The notes under the pieces were generated by a model. That model was given only the letters and a program-made list of their open reading frames with translations, made no database searches and was not told where the DNA came from. This document shows positions 44,820 through 52,157 of a stretch of 64,000 nt of DNA, in pieces. Source of the DNA: Prosthecochloris vibrioformis (GTDB lineage Bacteria > Pseudomonadota > Alphaproteobacteria > Sphingomonadales > Sphingomonadaceae); NCBI GenBank assembly GCA_943367575.1, contig CALRJR020000009.1, positions 2,369 through 66,368 of the forward strand, read 5' to 3'. Within the stretch, counting starts at the first letter, position 1. Each line of letters begins with the position of its first letter. Made by a program: the position numbers and the translations under genes.

Positions 44820-45899
44820 CTATGAGAGCAGCCGCGGGACGGCGGCGGTTGCGATGTCGAACCGCGCATCGGGATGCTCGGCCGCGCCGTCGCGAGGGGC
44901 TGCGCGGTGCTGGACCACGCCGTTCTTGCCGAAATCGGGCACCACTGGCCGGTCGGTCTTGCTGCTCAGCCACAGCCGCAGCAGATGCCGCCGCCGCTGC
45001 GGCTCCGGCCAGTCGGTAAAGCCCGTCCGGGCATGCAGCGCGGCATAGTTGGACAGCCACTGGATGTCGCCCGGACGGAAATCCATCTCGATCGCCATCC
45101 CGGGCTCATAGGTAATCTCGTCGAACAGGCGCAGGACCTCGACCTGATCGGCGGTGAGCTGCGGGACGCCGGGATATTCCTGCGCGGTCAGGATGTAGAG
45201 CGAACCGGCATACATGCTGAACACGCCATCGACCATCGAGATGATCGGCGAAGTATAGGTGAGCGCCGGGGACTCGGCATCCTGCCGCCGCCAGTCCCAA
45301 TGGAACGGCTCCAGCAACAGCGGCGCCAGGTCGGGGCGGCGGCGCAGGATCTCGTTATAGATTTCCGCGCCGGAGACGAGGCAGGACAGCCCCCCTTCGC
45401 GCGCCGGACGCAGGCACATCAGCGCGACAATGTCCGAACTGTCGGAATGATAGACCAGCTGGTCGCGCACCTTGGACGATTTTGCGGTGGGATCGTCCAT
45501 CGTCTTGTCGGACGTGGCATAGACATGGTCGACCAGATCGCCGAGCTCGTTCTGGCGGATCGGGTCGCCCATGTGCAGGCCGAGGATGTAGTAGATCGCC
45601 GCCGACAGCGCGTCCGAATAGAGATGGGTTCGCAAGCCGCGCACCAGCACGAAGCCGCGCCCAAAATCGACCGTCTCCCGCCACTCCGCCGCCGCGTCTG
45701 CGGTCGCGACCAGCGGATAGTCTTCCGCCTGCACGCTGCGCAGGTCGGGGCTGTGCTCGACAAAGCGCCGCCCCAGTTCTTCCAGCTCGGCCACCTGTTC
45801 CTCCGACAGGCGATAGATCCATTCGTCGCTGCCAATCAGGCGATCGCCGCGCCAGGCAGCGCGGGTGGCAATCGGACGCAACAGATCTTGGACGGGCAT
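44820..45899 (-). CDS. TauD/TfdA-like (clavaminate-synthase fold) dioxygenase, longer divergent member
   Basis: It is 359 aa. It has the His-x-Asp candidate YHSDSSD and the late ALHARTGF block. The overall pattern matches the taurine catabolism dioxygenase family. Confidence 0.7.
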   Translation of the reverse strand: MPVQDLLRPIATRAAWRGDRLIGSDEWIYRLSEEQVAELEELGRRFVEHSPDLRSVQAEDYPLVATADAAAEWRETVDFGRGFVLVRGLRTHLYSDALSAAIYYILGLHMGDPIRQNELGDLVDHVYATSDKTMDDPTAKSSKVRDQLVYHSDSSDIVALMCLRPAREGGLSCLVSGAEIYNEILRRRPDLAPLLLEPFHWDWRRQDAESPALTYTSPIISMVDGVFSMYAGSLYILTAQEYPGVPQLTADQVEVLRLFDEITYEPGMAIEMDFRPGDIQWLSNYAALHARTGFTDWPEPQRRRHLLRLWLSSKTDRPVVPDFGKNGVVQHRAAPRDGAAEHPDARFDIATAAVPRLLS

Positions 45900-46125
45900 G
45901 CTCGGCTCCCTGGAATGACCGACACCGACCCTATCGCACCATTGGGTGCCCGACTTGACCGACTATGCCCAATCATTGCGCAGCGGGCGCATGCAGCTTC
46001 ACGCGGGATGATGCTTCTTGAGCGGCACGCCGGCATTGGCGACGCGCCGCAGCCCCCCCGCAAACCCGTCCAACGACACCCAAAGTCGTGAACATACGTC
46101 GCTGATTTAAAATAGATTTTATGGT

Positions 46126-46200
46126 TGGCTGGGGCGGCTGGATTCGAACCAGCGCATGGCGGTACCAAAAACCGCTGCCTTACCGCTTGGCTACGCCCCA
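46126..46200 (-). tRNA. tRNA-Gln: tRNA-Gln (anticodon UUG), CCA encoded
   Basis: The reverse complement is TGGGGCGTAGCCAAGCGGTAAGGCAGCGGTTTTTGGTACCGCCATGCGCTGGTTCGAATCCAGCCGCCCCAGCCA. The acceptor stem is TGGGGCG/CGCCCCA, the anticodon stem is GCGGT/ACCGC, the loop is TTTTGGT, and the T-arm is GGTTCGAATCC. It is nearly colinear with E. coli tRNA-Gln. Confidence 0.95.
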
Positions 46201-46252
46201 ACATCGCGGAAGCGACGCCCTTAGAGCCCCGCGCCGCGTGTGAAAAGGGGGT

Positions 46253-47341
46253 TTAGCCGAACCGATGCACCCAGCCATGCGGGTCAAGTGCTTCGCCGCG
46301 CTGGATCGCGGTCAGCCGCGCCTTGAGCGCTTCGGTCACCTGTCCCGGACCGCCGCCGCCGATGGTGAAGCCGCCCTTGCTGCTCTTCACCTGTCCGACC
46401 GGGGTCACAACCGCCGCGGTCCCACAGGCGAAGGTTTCGACCAGGCGGCCGCTCTTCGCATCCGCTTCCCACTGGTCGATCGCATAGGGCTCTTCGCGCA
46501 CCGTGATCCCCTGCTCGCGCGCCAGCGTCAGAATCGACCCGCGCGTGATGCCGGGCAGGATCGTGCCGGTCAGCGGCGGGGTGACGATGCTGCCATCGTC
46601 GAACACGAAGAACAGGTTCATGCCGCCCAGTTCCTCGACCCAGCGGCGCTCGGCAGCGTCGAGGAACACGACCTGATCGCAGCCTTGCTTGATCGCCTCG
46701 GCCTGCGCGACCAGGCTCGCGGCATAATTGCCGCCGCACTTGGCCGCACCGGTGCCGCCGGGCGCGGCGCGGGTATAGTCGTCGGAGACCCAGATCGTGA
46801 CCGCCTTGGCCCCGCTCTTGAAATAGCCGCCAGCAGGCGACGCGATGACGAGGTAGAGATATTCGCTCGCCGGCTTCACGCCCAGAAACACCTCGCTCGC
46901 GAACATGAACGGGCGCAGGTAGAGCGACCCGCCTTCAAGGCTAGGGATCCAGTCGCGGTCCGCGGCAACCAAGGCTTCGAGCGAGCCGATGAACAGCTCC
47001 TCCGGAAGCTCCGGCATCGCCAGCCGCTGCGCAGACTCGCGGAAGCGGCGGGCATTCTCCTCCGGCCGGAACAGCGCGGTTCCGCCATCGGCGAGGCGAT
47101 AGGCCTTCAGCCCCTCGAAAATTTCCTGCGCATAATGCAGCACGGCGGTCGCCGGATCGAGCATCAGCGGGCCGCGCGCGGTGATCTTGGCATCGTGCCA
47201 GCCCTGCGTATCCGACCAGCGGATCATCGCCATATGATCGGTGAACAGCTTGCCGAAACCGGGGTCGGCGAGCAGCCGGGTCCGCTCGTTCGCCTCGACA
47301 GGAGCCGGATTGGCTTCGATCTGGAACGTCGTGCTGCTCAC
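46253..47341 (-). CDS. ilvE: branched-chain amino acid aminotransferase
   Basis: It is 362 aa with a GTG start at 47341 (GGGAGAG upstream). It has the class IV aminotransferase blocks EIFEGLKAYR and GTGAAKCGGNYA. Confidence 0.9.
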   Translation of the reverse strand: MSSTTFQIEANPAPVEANERTRLLADPGFGKLFTDHMAMIRWSDTQGWHDAKITARGPLMLDPATAVLHYAQEIFEGLKAYRLADGGTALFRPEENARRFRESAQRLAMPELPEELFIGSLEALVAADRDWIPSLEGGSLYLRPFMFASEVFLGVKPASEYLYLVIASPAGGYFKSGAKAVTIWVSDDYTRAAPGGTGAAKCGGNYAASLVAQAEAIKQGCDQVVFLDAAERRWVEELGGMNLFFVFDDGSIVTPPLTGTILPGITRGSILTLAREQGITVREEPYAIDQWEADAKSGRLVETFACGTAAVVTPVGQVKSSKGGFTIGGGGPGQVTEALKARLTAIQRGEALDPHGWVHRFG

Positions 47342-47410
47342 TTCACTCTCCCGAATGGCCCCGGAATTGGGCGTTGCGCAGGCCTAAGCCCGATGGCAAA
47401 ACAGGTCAAC

Positions 47411-47893
47411 ATGGCTGTCCCAACTGCGTCCCCACTATTTCTTCGCGAGGCCGAAATCCGGCGCGGCGTCGAATTGCTGTATTTCGGTTACAGCCACCTC
47501 ACCCGCTCGATCGATGAGAGGCTGGCGGCGCAGGGCCTTGGCCGCGCGCACCACCGCTCGCTCTACTTCATCGCCCGCCAGCCGGACATCACCGTGGGCG
47601 AGTTGATCTCCCTGCTCGCGATCACCAAGCAATCGCTGGGCCGGGTATTGACCGACCTGACCCAGCGCGGGCTGATCGAAACCCGACCGGGGCGCGAGGA
47701 TCGCCGCCAGCGGCTGTTGCGGTTGACGCCCGAGGGCACCCAACTGGAAGCCGAGCTGTTCGACGCGCTGCGCGAAAAAATGACCGCCGCCTATTCCTCG
47801 GCGGGACAGGCGGCGGTCGGGGGGTTCTGGGCCGTGCTCGAAGGGCTGATCCCCGCCGACGAACGCAAGCGGGTGTCAGACCTGGGGCGTTAG
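47411..47893 (+). CDS. MarR-family transcriptional regulator
   Basis: It is the 3' part of ORF 46265..47893, with ATG at 47411 (alternative 47393). The winged-HTH region is ITVGELISLLAITKQSLGRVLTDLTQRGLIE..DRRQRLLRLTPEG. Confidence 0.85.
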   Translation: MAVPTASPLFLREAEIRRGVELLYFGYSHLTRSIDERLAAQGLGRAHHRSLYFIARQPDITVGELISLLAITKQSLGRVLTDLTQRGLIETRPGREDRRQRLLRLTPEGTQLEAELFDALREKMTAAYSSAGQAAVGGFWAVLEGLIPADERKRVSDLGR

Positions 47894-47895
47894 AA

Positions 47896-48528
47896 TTACG
47901 CGACCTTGAACCCTTCGCGGTTCATTGCCTTGGTCAGCACCGCGTTCTTCTCTTCCGACAGGCTCGCGCGCAACTGCGGGAACAGCCGCTCTTCCTCGTC
48001 CTTCATATGCTCTTCCAGTTCGCTGCGTAGCTTGCGGATCGTGGCGAGGAATTGCGGGCTGGCGGCCGGCATATTGTCCAGCTCGTAGAGGTGCTGCTTC
48101 ACATAGCCATGCTCGCTGTTGAGTTCATCGGCCTCCGCGACCTTCCCCGCCTCGCGCAGCGCGGGGTAAATCACATTCTCTTCCTCGATCGCATGCTTGG
48201 CCAGCGCGTGCTTGAGCTGGGTCAGCATCAGCGTGCGGCGCGCGGTGGCGGTATCGTCGGTCGCTTCGATCGCGTCGAGCAGCTTGAGCACCGCCTGATG
48301 CTCGGCGATCAGCCCGTCCATCCAGTCACCCGCCAGCAACGTCGCCGACTGAACCGCCGCCTTGCGGCCGAGCATCGCGAGCACGCCGAGCGCCGCACCG
48401 GCCGCGGTTGCTCCCGCGATCTTGCCGAAGCCGCCGCCCCAGCCGCCTTCTTCCTTGAATCGGCCCTTGCTGTCGCGCGTCTGGCTATCAGCCTGGGTCG
48501 CTCTGCTCTGCGTCTTGGTCGCCATCAT
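47896..48528 (-). CDS. hemerythrin (HHE cation-binding) domain protein with an N-terminal basic/Gly-rich segment
   Basis: GGAGG RBS upstream. It has H/E-rich helices (IAEHQAVLKLLD, HAIEEENVIYP, SEHGYVKQHL, ELEEHMKDEE). Confidence 0.75.
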   Translation of the reverse strand: MMATKTQSRATQADSQTRDSKGRFKEEGGWGGGFGKIAGATAAGAALGVLAMLGRKAAVQSATLLAGDWMDGLIAEHQAVLKLLDAIEATDDTATARRTLMLTQLKHALAKHAIEEENVIYPALREAGKVAEADELNSEHGYVKQHLYELDNMPAASPQFLATIRKLRSELEEHMKDEEERLFPQLRASLSEEKNAVLTKAMNREGFKVA

Positions 48529-48586
48529 CGCCTCCGTGAATAGGATACTGGCGCGACAACGTTTTCAACAGGTTGGACGTTCCGCC

Positions 48587-49396
48587 TCACCCACGCGCAG
48601 CGGCGGCCATTTCTGCGTTGCGCCGCTCCGAGGCTTCGAGTGTGGCGGTGAGCAACTTGACGAGCGCGGCATCGGAGTCGAGCACGTCCAGCCCCTTGCG
48701 GGTCGATCCGCCCGGACTGGCAACCTTGTCGGCGAGCGCGGCGGGCGTGTCGCTCGACTGCGCGGCGAGCAACGCACCGCCCTCGACCGTCGCCAGCGCC
48801 AGCCGCAGCGCCTGATCGGCGGGAATGCCGATCGCCGTGCCAGCCCCGGCCAGCGCGTCGACGAAGCGATAGACAAAGGCCGGCCCGCTCCCCGCCAGCG
48901 CGGTGACCGCGTCGAACTGCGCGATATCGACCCATTCGACGAGGCCCAGCGGGGCCATTAGTGCCTCCACCCCGCCCCGCGCCGCGGCGTCGGCGCTGTC
49001 GCTGTGCAGCGCGACCACGCCCTTGCCGATCTCGACCGGCAGGTTCGGCATCGCGCGGATGATCGCGCGCGCATCGAAGCGCGCCGCCAGCGCCGCTTCC
49101 TCGACCCCGGCCAGGATCGACACCAGCAGCGGCACGCCCGCGATCCGGCGTGCAATCTGCTCCGCGATGACGCCAAGTTGCTGCGGCTTTACCCCCAGCA
49201 TCACCGCGTCGGGCAACGCGCCATCGGGCAGCACCCGCCCCTGCCGCACGCCCTGCGGCAGCGCACGGTCACTACGGTTCAGGACAAACACATCCTGCCC
49301 CCGCACCGCACCCGTCGCGATCCAGCGGCGCAGCATCGCCCCGGCCATATTGCCGCATCCGATCAGCCACAGGGTCTTGGGGGTCGTCATTGCCAT
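48587..49396 (-). CDS. proC: pyrroline-5-carboxylate reductase
   Basis: It has the N-terminal Rossmann block LWLIGCGNMAGAML and the C-terminal SPGGSTRKGLDVL block. Confidence 0.9.
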   Translation of the reverse strand: MAMTTPKTLWLIGCGNMAGAMLRRWIATGAVRGQDVFVLNRSDRALPQGVRQGRVLPDGALPDAVMLGVKPQQLGVIAEQIARRIAGVPLLVSILAGVEEAALAARFDARAIIRAMPNLPVEIGKGVVALHSDSADAAARGGVEALMAPLGLVEWVDIAQFDAVTALAGSGPAFVYRFVDALAGAGTAIGIPADQALRLALATVEGGALLAAQSSDTPAALADKVASPGGSTRKGLDVLDSDAALVKLLTATLEASERRNAEMAAAARG

Positions 49397-49524
49397 AGCT
49401 CCATTGCTCGCGCCGGCCCCTCAAAGAAGCCGAACGACGGGTCAAGCCTTATCGGACGACTTCGCGGTTGACCCGCACTGACCGAACGGTAAGTTTCACC
49501 CGCGTAATCATTTTGGGGAACATA

Positions 49525-50175
49525 ATGGCGTATTGGCAGGGTTTGGTGACGGGTGCAGCGGTGACCATCGCGGCAGTGACGTTGATTGCGGCCGCTAAAC
49601 CGCAGAAATTCGGCACGATCGACGTCGAGCGGATCAATGTCCGCGAGCCCGACGGCACGCTGCGGCTGGTGATCGCCAGCAAGGGCCGCTTCCCCGGTGC
49701 CTTTTACAAGGGCGAGGAGATCGCCCGCCCCGACCGCGCCTTTGCCGCCGGCATGTTGTTCATGAACGACGAAGGGACCGAGAATGGCGGCCTGATCTGG
49801 GCCGGCAAGAAGGACGGGGACAAGATCAATGCCGGGGCGAGCCTGACCTTCGACCGCTATGAAAATGACCAGACCGTGCAGATTGTCCAGACCGACAATG
49901 GCAGCCGCGACAGCGCCGCGCTGATCATCTCCGACCGCAGTGCCGAGAGCATGTTCACCAAGGCCGATGGCAAGGCCGCGATCCGCCCCGACGCGTCGAA
50001 AGGTGCGGGCCGCCTGTTCGTCGGCAAGTCGCGCGACAAGGCATCGGTGGTGATGCTGCAGGACGCGAGCGGCAAACCCCGCCTGATGCTCAAGGTCGCG
50101 CCGGATGGCGGCGCCGCGATCGACTTCCTCGACGACACGGGCAAGGTGGTGAAGACGATCGGGCCGGAGAGGTAA
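49525..50175 (+). CDS. hypothetical membrane-anchored protein
   Basis: ORF 49468..50175, with ATG 49525 preceded by GGGGAA. It has one N-terminal TM helix (LVTGAAVTIAAVTLIAAA) and then a soluble domain with no motif I recognise. Confidence 0.6.
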   Translation: MAYWQGLVTGAAVTIAAVTLIAAAKPQKFGTIDVERINVREPDGTLRLVIASKGRFPGAFYKGEEIARPDRAFAAGMLFMNDEGTENGGLIWAGKKDGDKINAGASLTFDRYENDQTVQIVQTDNGSRDSAALIISDRSAESMFTKADGKAAIRPDASKGAGRLFVGKSRDKASVVMLQDASGKPRLMLKVAPDGGAAIDFLDDTGKVVKTIGPER

Positions 50176-50231
50176 GGACGGAGCAGACGCATCGGCTGTG
50201 GCGCGCTCGCCCATCAGTTCAGTCTTATCGG

Positions 50232-50636
50232 CTAGTTGAAAACACCGGAATATTCCCAATCGCCCTTAAACCAGAGGCGGGCGGATCGACTAAACAACAG
50301 TCCCAATGCAATAAAACCTGCAATCGTTTGAACCAGAAAAATCAAGCCGATTGGCAACATACCGGTCTGGAAGTGAGCGAGAATTGAAAACGGAACCCCC
50401 AGCACGAACATAGAGATCGCAATCCACTTGCCGACAACGCTGCGACCGCGCGAGATCCAAAGATAGAGTGCCGAAAGGAGGACTAATGTGAAAATCTGCG
50501 TCGCAAGAACGAGGCCGACCCGTCCTTGCGAAACTGCAAGCAACTCAGGCCATCGCAGCCAGCTGTTGAAAATACCGAGCGCCAGCGATCCGAACATCAA
50601 TCGCTCAAACCAGATGATCTCGCTAGGCCGCGCCAT
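50232..50636 (-). CDS. hypothetical small integral membrane protein (about 4 TM), in a low-GC segment
   Basis: It is a 134-aa ORF with four hydrophobic stretches. A hand count of 50281-50380 gives 46 G+C per 100 nt, against about 69 in typical coding sequence here. Confidence 0.55.
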   Translation of the reverse strand: MARPSEIIWFERLMFGSLALGIFNSWLRWPELLAVSQGRVGLVLATQIFTLVLLSALYLWISRGRSVVGKWIAISMFVLGVPFSILAHFQTGMLPIGLIFLVQTIAGFIALGLLFSRSARLWFKGDWEYSGVFN

Positions 50637-50647
50637 TCAGTTAAAGC

Positions 50648-51154
50648 CTACGCCTCCCCCTGCGTTTCGATCAGCGCCGCCGCAATCGCTTCCTTGGGCG
50701 TCTTCCCGCCCCACAGGACGAACTGGAAGACGGGATAGAAACGCTCGCACTCGTCGATCGCGCTTTCGACCAGCAATTCGGTGTGCTGCAGCGTGATCGA
50801 TGCGCCGTCGTCGCCGGGGATCATCGCGGCGTGGCGGTAGAGCAGGATGCCGCTGGACGACCACAGCTCGAAATGACCGACCCACAGCTGTTCGTTGACG
50901 AGGCCGATGGTTTCGTAGATCGCGCCGCGGCGCTCGTCCGGGATGCGGACATCCGGGAACGCCAGGAACTGCAGCACGCCGTCGTCTTCGCGCCAGATCG
51001 CGCGCAGCTCATATTCGGTCCAGCTGCCCTTTACCTTGGCAACGACCTCATCCTCTTCGCGCGTATGGCTCCAGCCATGCGCCGCGAAGTAGCTTTCCAG
51101 CATGTCGATCGGCGCGGCATCGTCGTCGCGCTCATATTCGCTCTCATCGAGCAT
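50648..51154 (-). CDS. YbjN-domain protein
   Basis: ORF 50648..51367, with the start at ATG 51154 (MLDESEYERDDD). The acidic N-terminus and the blocks WTEYELRAIW and LQFLAFPDV are typical of alphaproteobacterial YbjN-like proteins, which are often found near proC. Confidence 0.75.
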   Translation of the reverse strand: MLDESEYERDDDAAPIDMLESYFAAHGWSHTREEDEVVAKVKGSWTEYELRAIWREDDGVLQFLAFPDVRIPDERRGAIYETIGLVNEQLWVGHFELWSSSGILLYRHAAMIPGDDGASITLQHTELLVESAIDECERFYPVFQFVLWGGKTPKEAIAAALIETQGEA

Positions 51155-51263
51155 TCCGGTCGTCCTCCGCCCGGCCCTTGCCTGGCGCAGTTGGTGCCAA
51201 TCCTCGCCGCGCTGCACAAGCAGCATAGCGTAAATCTGGCGGAAATAGATGTGGAAAAGCGCG

Positions 51264-51563
51264 TTACGCGCCAGGCGCGGCCTTTTTCGGCTTTGCGGGC
51301 TTCGCAGCTGCGGGCGCAGCGCCCAGCTTCGCTTCGAGCGCCTCGATCCGCGCACGCAGCGCGTCATTCTCGTCGCGCGCCGCGACCGCCATGGCCTTCA
51401 CCGCCTCGAACTCGTCGCGCGCGACGAAATCCATGCCGCCGACGAAGCTCTTGAACCGCTCACGCGCGGCGCTCTCGCCCTCACGCGCCATGCCGGCCAT
51501 AGTGCCGGCCGCGCCGTTCACGAACTTCACGAAATCGTCGAAAATGCGGTTGTCGCTCTGCAT
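51264..51563 (-). CDS. ubiK: UbiK/YqiC (BMFP) family accessory protein
   Basis: It is the 3' part of ORF 51264..51944, with the start at ATG 51563. It starts MQSDNRIFDDFVKFVNGAAGT and has a C-terminal coiled coil with an Ala/Lys/Pro tail. Confidence 0.75.
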   Translation of the reverse strand: MQSDNRIFDDFVKFVNGAAGTMAGMAREGESAARERFKSFVGGMDFVARDEFEAVKAMAVAARDENDALRARIEALEAKLGAAPAAAKPAKPKKAAPGA

Positions 51564-51577
51564 GACAAGTCGGCTCC

Positions 51578-52129
51578 TTAGATCGTCATTTGGGGCGCCG
51601 ACTGCGCCGGGACAAGGGTTGCGGCATTGGGATTGAGCTGATCGATCTGGAAACACAGCCACCCGGCGAAGCACAGCCAGCCAAGATAGGGCAGCATCAG
51701 GATCGCCGCCCCAGTGCGGATCCGCCCGAACATCACCGTCGTCGCCAGCGCCAGCACCAGAATGACGCCGATCAGCACGAACGCCCAAAAGGGCTGATGC
51801 ATGCCGAAGAACAAGGGCGACCAGGCGAGGTTCGCGCCCATCTGCACCGCGAACAGCACCAGTGCCGGGCCGCGCAACGTCGATCCGCGCGCGTTGATGA
51901 TCATCGCCAGCGCCAGCCCCATCAGCACATAGATGACCGACCATGCCACCGGAAACGCCCAGTCGGGCGGGGTCTGGGCCGGCTTTTCCAGCATCTGATA
52001 CCAGAGATTTTCGGCGCCGGTCGGCGCGATCCGCGCGGAGGTGAAGCCAAGCAACAGAATGAACGGGACGGTCACCACCGCCCAGCGCAGAAACGCCAGT
52101 CGCAGCTGTCCCTTGGACGCAATCTCCAT
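51578..52129 (-). CDS. tspO: TspO/MBR tryptophan-rich sensory protein
   Basis: ORF 51578..52195, with the start at ATG 52129. It has five TM segments and the blocks PPDWAFPVAWSVIY and NLAWSPLFF. Confidence 0.85.
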   Translation of the reverse strand: MEIASKGQLRLAFLRWAVVTVPFILLLGFTSARIAPTGAENLWYQMLEKPAQTPPDWAFPVAWSVIYVLMGLALAMIINARGSTLRGPALVLFAVQMGANLAWSPLFFGMHQPFWAFVLIGVILVLALATTVMFGRIRTGAAILMLPYLGWLCFAGWLCFQIDQLNPNAATLVPAQSAPQMTI

Positions 52130-52157
52130 TCCCCGCTCCCCAGTCCTGTGACCCGGC

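Noticed and set aside
26205-45899. Classical integrative genomic island at tRNA-Gln
   Set aside because: I found no integrase, recombinase, transposase or att-like direct repeat. The GC content and codon style are indistinguishable from the surrounding sequence. I kept only the positional observation, at low interest.
46265-47410. N-terminal part of the 542-aa ORF 46265..47893
   Set aside because: It is antisense to ilvE. Only the last 160 codons, from ATG 47411 or 47393, look like a MarR regulator.
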